From assembly GCA_002778965.1 (NCBI GenBank), contig PEXX01000046.1:1-45455 (forward strand): a stretch of 45,455 bases of DNA, given 5' to 3'. Shown here piece by piece: positions 9,389 to 17,794 of this stretch. Each line of letters begins with the position of its first letter. The first letter of the stretch is position 1. Made by a program: the position numbers and the translations under genes. The stretch is from Candidatus Kuenenbacteria bacterium CG08_land_8_20_14_0_20_37_23 (lineage in GTDB: Bacteria; Patescibacteriota; Patescibacteriia; UBA2196; GWA2-42-15). The notes under the pieces were generated by a model. That model searched no databases. It had not been told where the DNA came from and saw nothing but the letters and a program-made list of their open reading frames with translations.

Positions 9389-10198
9389 ATGTCTATCACC
9401 CAATCTGTGATTCTAGGTTTAATTCAGGGCATTACAGAATTTCTGCCGATTTCTTCCAGCGGACATTTGATATTAGTGCCGAAATTTTTTAATTGGCCGA
9501 ATCATAGTCTTACATTTGACGCTATTCTCCATTTAGGGACAGCTCTGGCTATTATATTTGCGCTTAGACAAGATATATGGCTGATTATCCGAGGATTAAT
9601 TATAAAAAATAAAGGAGAAACACGCAAGGAAAATTTAAAATCATTTTGGATGATCGTTCTTGCAGTTATTCCAGCAGGGCTGATTGGTTTTTTATTCAAT
9701 AATTGGATTGAACAGCATCTGCGTTCAATTTATATAGTTTTTTTGTCACTTATTTTTTGGGGAATTTTTTTATGGTTTAGCGAATTATATAATAATAAAC
9801 AAAAAATAAAAATAGACGGTTTGAAAAAAATTAGCTGGTTGCAGGCGCTGTTAATAGGCTTAATGCAAGTAACGGCGTTCATACCGGGCACATCTCGCTC
9901 TGGTATTACAATTAGCGCTGGACTCTTTGCTAAATTTGACAGGGAAACTGCCGTTAAATTTTCTTTTCTTATTGGTTTGCCAGTTATTTTATGTGCCGGC
10001 GTTTTTCAATTAATTGGATTTGCCAGTGTTGGCATCAATTACAGCGAAATAATCTGTTTAGTTGTTGGTTTTTTTAGTGCGTTGATTTCAGGAATTTTCT
10101 CGATTAGATTGCTCTTGCTCATTGCGAATAAAGCAAGTTTCAATATATTTGTCATTTATAGAATTCTCCTTGGCATAGTTATTTTGCTGTTATTATAA
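9389..10198 (+). CDS. uppP: Undecaprenyl-diphosphate phosphatase
   Basis: 269 aa polytopic protein. GITEFLPISSSGH and PGTSRSGITI motifs of the BacA/UppP family. Confidence 0.9.
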   Translation: MSITQSVILGLIQGITEFLPISSSGHLILVPKFFNWPNHSLTFDAILHLGTALAIIFALRQDIWLIIRGLIIKNKGETRKENLKSFWMIVLAVIPAGLIGFLFNNWIEQHLRSIYIVFLSLIFWGIFLWFSELYNNKQKIKIDGLKKISWLQALLIGLMQVTAFIPGTSRSGITISAGLFAKFDRETAVKFSFLIGLPVILCAGVFQLIGFASVGINYSEIICLVVGFFSALISGIFSIRLLLLIANKASFNIFVIYRILLGIVILLLL

Positions 10199-10205
10199 AA
10201 AAATT

Positions 10206-10511
10206 TTATTTTTGTTTTTTAGTGTTGGCTCGACTGCGATTCTCACTTTTTTTGTCCTGCATATGCTTAATGATTTTTTCTATGCCGCTTACAATGATAG
10301 CAATGTAATTCGCTGAACTCTTAATTTTTTCTTTTAATGTCCGCAATACATCATCCAGCATATCAAGCTTTTGTTTAATACTGTCTGCGATTCCGCGCAC
10401 GTTGCTTGTAATTGAAATAAATTGATAAAGCATAATGCAGATAAAACCAGTGAAAAGCAGGGCGCAAAAAGATAGCGATATAAATAGCAGGTCTTTTGAA
10501 GTTTCGAGCAT
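10206..10511 (-). CDS. Hypothetical single-pass membrane / coiled-coil protein (DUF948-like)
   Basis: 101 aa. One N-terminal TM helix, helical charged remainder, basic tail. The family call is by resemblance only. Confidence 0.45.
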   Translation of the reverse strand: MLETSKDLLFISLSFCALLFTGFICIMLYQFISITSNVRGIADSIKQKLDMLDDVLRTLKEKIKSSANYIAIIVSGIEKIIKHMQDKKSENRSRANTKKQK

Positions 10512-10555
10512 ATTGGTTATTTTTAAGTTATTAACAGATTAATTATACAATAATT

Positions 10556-10583
10556 TTGTCAGATTTGAAAGTAATGCTATAAT
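10556..10583 (+). promoter_or_regulatory. Sigma70-like promoter upstream of the S41 protease (TTGTCA-16-TATAAT)
   Basis: ttgtca at 10556-10561, 16 nt spacer, tataat at 10578-10583. Implies a leader of roughly 115 nt. Confidence 0.4.
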
Positions 10584-10705
10584 GGAGAAAAGAATTTTTT
10601 GTTTTTGATTTTTTTAATGCCTTAATTCAGTTCTTTCGCTAATAGTTCTAGAATTTGAGAGTCTCAATTGGTTTAAAATTAAAATTATAAATTAGAGGTT
10701 TGAAT

Positions 10706-12034
10706 ATGTTTCCGAACGGTGAGCGTGAATCGCATATGCCAATAGAGCACAAGCCAGCCAGCAGTTTTTTTCTAACGCGCGGTTTTTTTGTTTATGCTCT
10801 TATTATTACGCTTACTCTAAGTTTCGGAATTGGTGTTATAGTAGGTAAAAGAAAAGGTGATGTGAATATCATCAGCGCGTCAAGATCTGGAGACTATGGC
10901 AAAGTTACTGACAAGGAGGAATCAATACCTGATTATTTGAGTAAGGATGTTAAGTTTCGTATTTTTTGGGATATTTGGAATGAGATTCAAAACACATATA
11001 TTGATGGTCCTGTAGCCGAAACAGAGCTTTTTTACGGCGCACTCTCTGGTATGGTTGCCGGCTTGGGAGATCCATATTCCGTATATATGAGGCCCAAGGT
11101 TGCCACCGAATATATTGAGGAGTTGCAAGGCAGATTTGAGGGTATTGGCTGTGAAATCGGCGTTAAAAATAATATTTTGACAGTTGTGAGTCCATTGTCA
11201 GAATCGCCGGCAGAACACGCCGGGTTGCGTCCAGCCGATCTCATTATTGAGATAGATGGTTATAGTACCGACGGTATTGATGTTTCTGAAGCAGTCTCTA
11301 GAATTAGAGGAGAAAAAGGGACAACGGTCAGCCTGAAGATTTATCGGCCGCAGACCAAAGAATTTTTAGACATATCCATTGTAAGGGACACAATTAATAT
11401 TGTCAGTGTAAAGAACTATACTCTGGATCAGAATAATTACGCGATCCTTGGGGATAAAAAAATCAAAGTAATCAAAGTTACCAATTTTAATGCTGATACG
11501 GATGGTCGTTTTGCAGACGCGATTAATAATGTTTTATTGGAAAATCCAGATGGATTGGTACTTGATCTTCGTGGTAATCCGGGCGGTTATCTTGATTCGG
11601 CAATCAACATGGCGGATTTTTGGCTAGAACAGGGCGACATAGTGGTTAGCGAAAGATCTTTCGGAGAGAGCGATAAAATACATCTTGCGCCGTCAGGAGC
11701 GGTTTTATCTGGATTTAAGACAGTTGTTTTGATTAATGGCGGTTCAGCATCCGGTTCTGAAATCGTTGCCGGAGCATTGCAGGATCACGGCGTGGCAACT
11801 GTTGTAGGCGAGAAGAGTTTTGGCAAGGGATCTGTTCAGCGAGTCATTGGTGATTTTGAAGATGGTTCAGCAATTAAGCTTACAGTAGCTAAATGGTTGA
11901 CTCCTGGTGGTAAATATATTGACCATGAAGGCATTAAGCCGGACATAGAAATTGAACTGGCTGTTGAAGACTATAATGACGGAAAAGATCCGCAGATGGA
12001 TAGAGCCATTGAGTTTTTTGTCAATGGGAAATGA
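10706..12034 (+). CDS. S41 family carboxyl-terminal processing protease (PDZ-containing)
   Basis: N-terminal TM anchor, PDZ segment (GIGCEIG...SPAEHAGLRPAD), catalytic region DLRGNPGG and GGSASGSEI...GEKSFGKG. One of the few genes here with a Shine-Dalgarno (agagg at 10694-10698), which favours the ATG at 10706 over the TTG at 10700. Confidence 0.85.
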   Translation: MFPNGERESHMPIEHKPASSFFLTRGFFVYALIITLTLSFGIGVIVGKRKGDVNIISASRSGDYGKVTDKEESIPDYLSKDVKFRIFWDIWNEIQNTYIDGPVAETELFYGALSGMVAGLGDPYSVYMRPKVATEYIEELQGRFEGIGCEIGVKNNILTVVSPLSESPAEHAGLRPADLIIEIDGYSTDGIDVSEAVSRIRGEKGTTVSLKIYRPQTKEFLDISIVRDTINIVSVKNYTLDQNNYAILGDKKIKVIKVTNFNADTDGRFADAINNVLLENPDGLVLDLRGNPGGYLDSAINMADFWLEQGDIVVSERSFGESDKIHLAPSGAVLSGFKTVVLINGGSASGSEIVAGALQDHGVATVVGEKSFGKGSVQRVIGDFEDGSAIKLTVAKWLTPGGKYIDHEGIKPDIEIELAVEDYNDGKDPQMDRAIEFFVNGK

Positions 12035-12047
12035 CAGTCTAAATTTT

Positions 12048-12497
12048 ATGAAAATTATTCTGCTTCAAAATATTGATAAACTTGGCAAAATAGGCGATGT
12101 AAAAAATGTTGCCGACGGGTATGCAATGAATTTTTTATTTACCAATAAATTGGCAGAGCCGGCAACAGCGGATGAAATCCGAAAAATTGAAAGCGACCAA
12201 ATTAAAAAAGAAAAAAATAAAGAAAATAAGCAAAAGAAATACAAAATAATTCTGTCTAAATTAAGAGGTATTAGTATTGAGATAAGAGCCAAAGCATCAG
12301 ACGCTGGCAGGTTATTTGCCGGTTTGACTGAAGATGATATTGCCAGTGAGTTAAAAAGTCAAAAAAAGATAGAGATAGAGAGTCGCTGCGTTAAGCTTCA
12401 TAAACGCATTAAAGAAATTGGCGAGCATAATGTTGATATAGATTTTGGCAATAATTTAAATGGAAATATTAAAGTAAAAATAGTCATGGCTAATTGA
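12048..12497 (+). CDS. rplI: 50S ribosomal protein L9
   Basis: MKIILLQNIDKLGKIGDVKNVADGYAMNFL is the conserved L9 N-domain. Start moved to the ATG at 12048; the track extension from 11952 overlaps the protease gene. Lysine-rich linker. Confidence 0.85.
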   Translation: MKIILLQNIDKLGKIGDVKNVADGYAMNFLFTNKLAEPATADEIRKIESDQIKKEKNKENKQKKYKIILSKLRGISIEIRAKASDAGRLFAGLTEDDIASELKSQKKIEIESRCVKLHKRIKEIGEHNVDIDFGNNLNGNIKVKIVMAN

Positions 12498-12528
12498 TTG
12501 GAATTATTATTTGAAAGTTTTCAAGATT

Positions 12529-14154
12529 ATGTCTACAAAATATATTTTTGTCACCGGTGGTGTTTGTTCCGGGCTTGGAAAGGGAATTGCCACGGCTTCC
12601 ATCGGGGCCCTTCTTAAAGCGTCAGGATATAAGGTATATACCGTAAAAATGGATCCTTACTTAAATCCAGATCCTGGCACTATGAGCCCTTTTCAACATG
12701 GAGAAGTTTTCGTAACTGATGACGGTTATGAAGCAGACCTTGATCTTGGTCATTATGAAAGGTTTATTGACGTGCCATTGTCAAGACATTCTAATTTGAC
12801 GTCAGGCCAGATTTATCAGGAAATACTTGATAAAGAAAGAAAAGGAGATTATCTTGGGAAAACAGTTCAAGTAGTTCCTCATATTACTAATAAAATAAAA
12901 GATTTTATAAAATCATCTGCCAAGAATTCATCGGCTGACTTTTTGCTTATTGAAATAGGAGGCACAGTCGGCGATATTGAAGGCGAGCCGTATTTTGAAG
13001 CCGCCAGGCAGTTCCATCATGAGGTAGGGGATGACAATGTAATGTTTATCCATCTCACTCTTTTGCCATATCTTAAAACTTCAGGCGAACTTAAGACCAA
13101 GCCGACACAGATGTCTGTTAAAGAATTAGAAAAAAGGGGCATTCATCCGGATATGATACTGGCCAGATCGGATTATGATATTGCTAAAGAGTTGCTCGGC
13201 AAAATCGCCATGTTTTGCGATGTGCCGGAAAATGCTGTTATACCGGCGCCGACGATTTCTAGTATTTATGAAGTGCCGCAAAATTTTGCGAAAACTAAAG
13301 TACCATCAATTATTTTTAAAAAATTCGGATTGGACGACAAAAAATTTGACTTGCGCGAATGGAATAATTTGGTAAAAAAAATAAAATCAAGCAATGGTCA
13401 TAGTTTGATAATAGCTAAAGTCGGCAAATATACGTCTCACGGAGATGCTTATATCTCAGTGGATGAAGCCCTAAAATCAGCTGGGTTCGCGCACAATGTT
13501 AAAGTGAAAATTATTGCTGTTGATTCCGAAAAAATAGAAAAAAAAGATAAAAAAGAATTACGAAATTTAAAAAGTGCAGATGGTATTGTTGTTCCGGGAG
13601 GGTTTGGAGTGCGTGGCATAGAGGGGAAGATTATGGTCGCTAAATATGCGAGAGAAAATAAAATTCCATATTTTGGTTTATGCCTCGGAATGCAGATTAT
13701 GACAATTGAGTTTACTCGTTATGTTCTAAAAACAAAAAATGTCAACAGTGAGGAGTTTGACAGGAAAACGATCAATCCAGTGATTCATATTATGCATGAT
13801 CAGAAAAAAAATATTGAGGCGAGCCATTATGGAGCAACTATGCGACTTGGCGCTTATGAGGCGAGATTGATAAAAGATTCTTTATCTTATCAGGCTTATG
13901 GGCAAGAAAAAATATCCGAACGTCATAGACATAGATATGAATTTAACAATGATTATCGTGAAATGCTTGGAAAAAACGGTTTACGCGTGGCTGGAATTAA
14001 TCCGCAAAGAAATTTGGTGGAAATAGTGGAAGTTAAAGATCATCCGTGGATGATTGGGGTTCAATTTCATCCAGAATTCAAGTCGCGGCCATTGCGGTCG
14101 CATCCATTGTTTTTTGATTTTATCAAGGCATCTATCAAGCACCAAAGGGCATGA
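12529..14154 (+). CDS. pyrG: CTP synthase
   Basis: MSTKYIFVTGGVCSGLGKG N-terminus, a GATase domain with GLCLGMQ, and HRHRYEFN. Start moved to the ATG at 12529. Confidence 0.95.
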   Translation: MSTKYIFVTGGVCSGLGKGIATASIGALLKASGYKVYTVKMDPYLNPDPGTMSPFQHGEVFVTDDGYEADLDLGHYERFIDVPLSRHSNLTSGQIYQEILDKERKGDYLGKTVQVVPHITNKIKDFIKSSAKNSSADFLLIEIGGTVGDIEGEPYFEAARQFHHEVGDDNVMFIHLTLLPYLKTSGELKTKPTQMSVKELEKRGIHPDMILARSDYDIAKELLGKIAMFCDVPENAVIPAPTISSIYEVPQNFAKTKVPSIIFKKFGLDDKKFDLREWNNLVKKIKSSNGHSLIIAKVGKYTSHGDAYISVDEALKSAGFAHNVKVKIIAVDSEKIEKKDKKELRNLKSADGIVVPGGFGVRGIEGKIMVAKYARENKIPYFGLCLGMQIMTIEFTRYVLKTKNVNSEEFDRKTINPVIHIMHDQKKNIEASHYGATMRLGAYEARLIKDSLSYQAYGQEKISERHRHRYEFNNDYREMLGKNGLRVAGINPQRNLVEIVEVKDHPWMIGVQFHPEFKSRPLRSHPLFFDFIKASIKHQRA

Positions 14155-14177
14155 TTATGATTTTTTAACTGTCAAAA

Positions 14178-15854
14178 GTGTTTAATATAATCAAAAATAA
14201 ACTTAATAAATCTGTTACTGGCGGCGCTATTATCATCGCTGCTTTTTCGGTTTTGAGCAAGATTTTTGGATTGGTGCGCGACAGACTGCTGGCTACTAGT
14301 TTCGGCGCCGGCGACGTTTTAGACGCATATTATGTTGCTTTTAGATTGCCTGACTTGATTTTTAATACGCTTATTTTTGGAGCATTATCTGCCGCGTTTA
14401 TCCCAGTTTTTATTGCGATTAAACAAAAAAATATGCCTGGCGTCAAAACACGTGAACATACCAACACCAGAACGCGTCAGTATGGCAATATCAAAAATAT
14501 GGAAAATGGTGGCATAGCGATTGAGTCAAAGGATGATGTCATTAACCACTGGCAACTGTCATCTAGCGTCATGAATATTATTTTTGCGGCGCTAGTTTTT
14601 TTTACTGTCATTTTTTTTATTTTTGCTTCACAATTGGTGCGTCTGATAGCGCCAGGTTTTGCTGGGGAAAAATTGCTGCTGACTATTTCCATGACCAGAA
14701 TAATGCTTCTATCAATTTTATTCTTTGGTATTAGTAATGTTATCTCTGGAATTTTGCAAGCCACCAAAAATTTCAGTATGTTTGCTCTTGCGCCTGTAAT
14801 GTACAATGTCGGTATAATTTTTGGCATAGTTTTTTTAGTCGGTAAAATTGGCGCTATTGGGCTTGCTTATGGAGTGGTGCTGGGCGCGTTTTTGCATCTG
14901 GCAGTACAAATACCGACAGTTGTCAGAGCTGGTTTTAGATGGCGGCCGATTTTAAGATTAAAAAATAAAGCTGTTAGAAAAATTGGCCGTTTGATGTTGC
15001 CGAGAACATTGGGTCTTGCTGTTGGACAGATTAACCAATTAGTTATCACGATCATTGCGTCAACGCTCGCTGCGGGATCAATAGCTGTTTTTAATTTAGC
15101 CGCGAATCTTGCCAGTGTTCCTATTAGTATTTTTGCCATTTCTTTCGCAGTGGCCAGTTTTCCAGTTTTTAGTGAGAGTTTCGTTGAAAAAGATGAAGAA
15201 AAATTCGTTGTTCAATTTTCAGTAACAGTGCGTAGAATACTTTTTTTTATTATACCAATCTCGGTTTTTATTATAGCTCTGCGCGCGCAAACAGTCAGAT
15301 TGATTCTCGGCGCAGGCGCTTTTGATTGGCAAGATACTGTATTAACCGCTGACGCGCTTGGCTATTTTTGCATATCTCTTTTCGCTCAAAGCCTGGTGCC
15401 TCTCTTGGCGCGCGCTTTTTATGCCCGCAATGATACGCTCACGCCAGTTATAGTTAGCGTTATTTCTTTATTGGCCAATATCGCCGGATCAATTCTTTTG
15501 GTGCGCGTTCTTGGTGTGCGAGGTTTGGCTCTGTCTTTTTCCATTTCCAGCATTATTAATATGGTCGTCCTTGCGGTTATCTTAAAACATAAATTCGGCT
15601 GGCTTGATGAAAAAAAAATTGCTTTGTCAATCTTAAAAATTATGACCGCCGCAATTGGCGGAGTCATTTTTTTGCAGATTACCAAATATTTGATCGCCCC
15701 ATTAGTTGATATGGGGACTTTTGTTGGGGTAATGACACAATTTTTAGCAGCCGGTATTATGGGCGTTCTCGTCTACTTTATTGTGAGTTTTTTGATTGAC
15801 AGTGAGGAAATAAAAAAATTGTGGAGATATTTGAGAAGCGTAATTAGTAATTAA
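14178..15854 (+). CDS. murJ: Lipid II flippase MurJ/MviN
   Basis: 558 aa, about 14 TM helices. N-terminal SKIFGLVRDRLLATSFGAG..DAYYVAFRLPD signature. Carries a hydrophilic insertion (see findings). Confidence 0.88.
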   Translation: MFNIIKNKLNKSVTGGAIIIAAFSVLSKIFGLVRDRLLATSFGAGDVLDAYYVAFRLPDLIFNTLIFGALSAAFIPVFIAIKQKNMPGVKTREHTNTRTRQYGNIKNMENGGIAIESKDDVINHWQLSSSVMNIIFAALVFFTVIFFIFASQLVRLIAPGFAGEKLLLTISMTRIMLLSILFFGISNVISGILQATKNFSMFALAPVMYNVGIIFGIVFLVGKIGAIGLAYGVVLGAFLHLAVQIPTVVRAGFRWRPILRLKNKAVRKIGRLMLPRTLGLAVGQINQLVITIIASTLAAGSIAVFNLAANLASVPISIFAISFAVASFPVFSESFVEKDEEKFVVQFSVTVRRILFFIIPISVFIIALRAQTVRLILGAGAFDWQDTVLTADALGYFCISLFAQSLVPLLARAFYARNDTLTPVIVSVISLLANIAGSILLVRVLGVRGLALSFSISSIINMVVLAVILKHKFGWLDEKKIALSILKIMTAAIGGVIFLQITKYLIAPLVDMGTFVGVMTQFLAAGIMGVLVYFIVSFLIDSEEIKKLWRYLRSVISN

Positions 15855-15894
15855 CAGTGTGGTAATAATAATTGTACACAAATGATAATTAATT

Positions 15895-15922
15895 TTTACA
15901 TTTTATTTTTTTGTGTTATAAT
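15895..15922 (+). promoter_or_regulatory. Sigma70-like promoter (TTTACA-16-TATAAT)
   Basis: tttaca at 15895-15900, 16 nt spacer, tataat at 15917-15922, upstream of the 15953 ORF. Confidence 0.35.
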
Positions 15923-15952
15923 AAACTATATTGTAATTAATGGATTTTGTTT

Positions 15953-16555
15953 ATGTTTTTAAATTTATTTGCCTTCAGTTTAAAAATACCGGAAGATATC
16001 AGTCAGGCTGGGCTTGAAGCGACTGACAAAATTTCCGAACAGATTGTGAGTAGCGGTTATACTGGTGATTTGCTCATTATTGGTTTTGCGATTATTATCG
16101 TTCTTTTTTTTGCCTTTTTGGTGGACGCTCATAATATTCTCATCGCTTTCGTCAGTATATATATAGCTTGGCTGGCAACCGCCTTTTTTCCGTATCATGC
16201 GTTTGCAACTGGCACCGCGTGGACAGGTGAATGGTGGTTTAAAATCATTTTGATTGTTTTAATTTTTTGCCTGTCTTCAGCGGTTTTGTCTGCTACGCAT
16301 CTTTTTCGGGGGTATTATCAATACAATTTTTTCGCCCGATGGATGGCGGCGATTGTCAACGGTTTACTATTCGTAGGTTTTTTATCTGCTATGATTATGG
16401 CGGTTTTACCCCAGAATTTTTTGATGCAATTTTCAACGGAAACATTACGGATATTTATTAGCGAAATTGGCCGTTTTGTTTGGATCGTTTTGCCGCTCGC
16501 TGGAATGTTTCTGACCAGGCCTGGAAGAAAGGGGCCTGGCAGACCGGCACGTTAA
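15953..16555 (+). CDS. Hypothetical polytopic membrane protein
   Basis: About 200 aa, 5-6 hydrophobic helices, basic PGRKGPGRPAR tail. No family recognised. ATG at 15953 preferred to the TTG at 15947. Confidence 0.45.
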   Translation: MFLNLFAFSLKIPEDISQAGLEATDKISEQIVSSGYTGDLLIIGFAIIIVLFFAFLVDAHNILIAFVSIYIAWLATAFFPYHAFATGTAWTGEWWFKIILIVLIFCLSSAVLSATHLFRGYYQYNFFARWMAAIVNGLLFVGFLSAMIMAVLPQNFLMQFSTETLRIFISEIGRFVWIVLPLAGMFLTRPGRKGPGRPAR

Positions 16556-16610
16556 TTTCAGAATTTTAAAATTTTCAATTTTCAAAACAATTTTAAGTTT
16601 TTCAAATTGT

Positions 16611-17546
16611 TTATAAATCTTTAAGGATTTTTTTGAGTTCGTCTAAATTTTCAACATTAACGAGCCGTTGGCGCAGAGCTGACGCGTTTTTTTGTTTGTG
16701 AATGTAGCGCACAAAGTGTTTGCGTAAATTGATGAGATTTTCATTGTCTTGCAAAAAAAGTTCTGCGTGGCATATGATCATTTTTTTAATTTCATCCGGC
16801 GGCGGGTTATTTTTTTTGTTTTGCCGTATTGACGCGAAAAGCCACGGGTTGCCAAGCACACCGCGGGCCAGTCCTAAGCCGTCGCAACAAGTTGCGGAAA
16901 GGGTTTTCAGTGCTGTTTCAAGCGAGTCTACGCCGCCATTGGCAAGCACTATTTTGTCTGGCAGGATTTGTTTTACTTTTTTGATGGTCGCAAAATCAAT
17001 GTTTCCGGAAAAGCCCTGTTTGAGCGAACGACCATGGATCATCATTGCCGAAATTGGAAGGTTCTTGACGGTTTCGGCAAATTCAAGGCAGGTGGTATTT
17101 TTGACTTTTGTTCTGACTTTAATTGATACTGGCAGATCGGTATTTTTGCATACCGCATTGATTATTTTATAAGCTGTGTCAAGCTCATTCATGAGGGCGG
17201 CGCCAGATCCTGTTTTAGTCACCTTATGTGCCGGACAGCCGAAATTGATATCAATGCCGATATTTTTTTTGTTTTTCAGTTTTTTATTAAGAAATATAAC
17301 TGCCTCTTTGAATCGCTCTGGCTTATTGCCAAAAAGCTGAAAGATCAGCGGGCACTCTTTACTGCTGTATTTGAGCATTCTTATTGTTTTTTTATTTTTA
17401 AAAACAATTGCATCAGTTGATATCATTTCTGAATATACAACATCCGATCCAATTTGGCGGCATATCAAACGAAAAGCCGAATCTGTATATCCGGCCATTG
17501 GAGCAAGGGCTAGAATGGGTTTTTTTATTGTGAACCAGAAATTCAT
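16611..17546 (-). CDS. dus: tRNA-dihydrouridine synthase
   Basis: 311 aa. LAPMAGYTDSAFR, INFGCP, GRS... TIM-barrel flavoenzyme motifs of the Dus family. Confidence 0.88.
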   Translation of the reverse strand: MNFWFTIKKPILALAPMAGYTDSAFRLICRQIGSDVVYSEMISTDAIVFKNKKTIRMLKYSSKECPLIFQLFGNKPERFKEAVIFLNKKLKNKKNIGIDINFGCPAHKVTKTGSGAALMNELDTAYKIINAVCKNTDLPVSIKVRTKVKNTTCLEFAETVKNLPISAMMIHGRSLKQGFSGNIDFATIKKVKQILPDKIVLANGGVDSLETALKTLSATCCDGLGLARGVLGNPWLFASIRQNKKNNPPPDEIKKMIICHAELFLQDNENLINLRKHFVRYIHKQKNASALRQRLVNVENLDELKKILKDL

Positions 17547-17760
17547 ATTTATTTTTTCTGATTTTATAATCTGAAATAGTTGAAAAATTGCCTGCCTGTT
17601 GTTGTTTCAGATTGGGCAATTTCATTTATATGATGAATATTTATATGATCAATGCCGCTACTTTTTTGGCCATTATATTGTAGAGTTGTAATTTTGGCAT
17701 GTTTTTAGAAGTTAGTTTGATATTTTAAGTGTAGCTTTTTCTATTGGGATTGGCAATTTT

Positions 17761-17788
17761 TTGTAAATCGTCGTAGTAGTGATATAAT
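17761..17788 (+). promoter_or_regulatory. Sigma70-like promoter abutting recJ (TTGTAA-16-TATAAT), implies a leaderless mRNA
   Basis: ttgtaa at 17761-17766, 16 nt spacer, tataat at 17783-17788. Only 6 nt separate the -10 box from the recJ ATG at 17795. Confidence 0.45.
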
Positions 17789-17794
17789 CTAAGT

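Noticed and set aside
11952-12047. N-terminal extensions proposed by the ORF track for rplI (11952). Similar cases: pyrG 12511, alaS 20065, rpsM 23909, rpsK 24409, rpoA 25542, HIT 31046, MNT 37497, GT4 42223.
   Set aside because: The extensions overlap the preceding gene or are hydrophobic or low-complexity. Each canonical family N-terminus begins at an internal ATG, which I verified by coordinate.
16720-17172. 150-aa plus-strand ORF antisense to dus, and similar antisense ORFs such as 19678..20079 opposite RNase HI and 22576..22980 opposite the 21986 gene
   Set aside because: These are antisense shadows of well-supported genes and have no motif support. Long antisense ORFs are expected by chance opposite such genes.
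17624-17649. Direct repeat atttatatgat x2 (period 15 nt) in the dus-recJ divergent intergenic region, considered as an operator or DnaA-box-like site
   Set aside because: The repeat is short and very AT-rich in an AT-rich spacer, and does not match the DnaA box consensus. It cannot be told apart from chance without comparative data.
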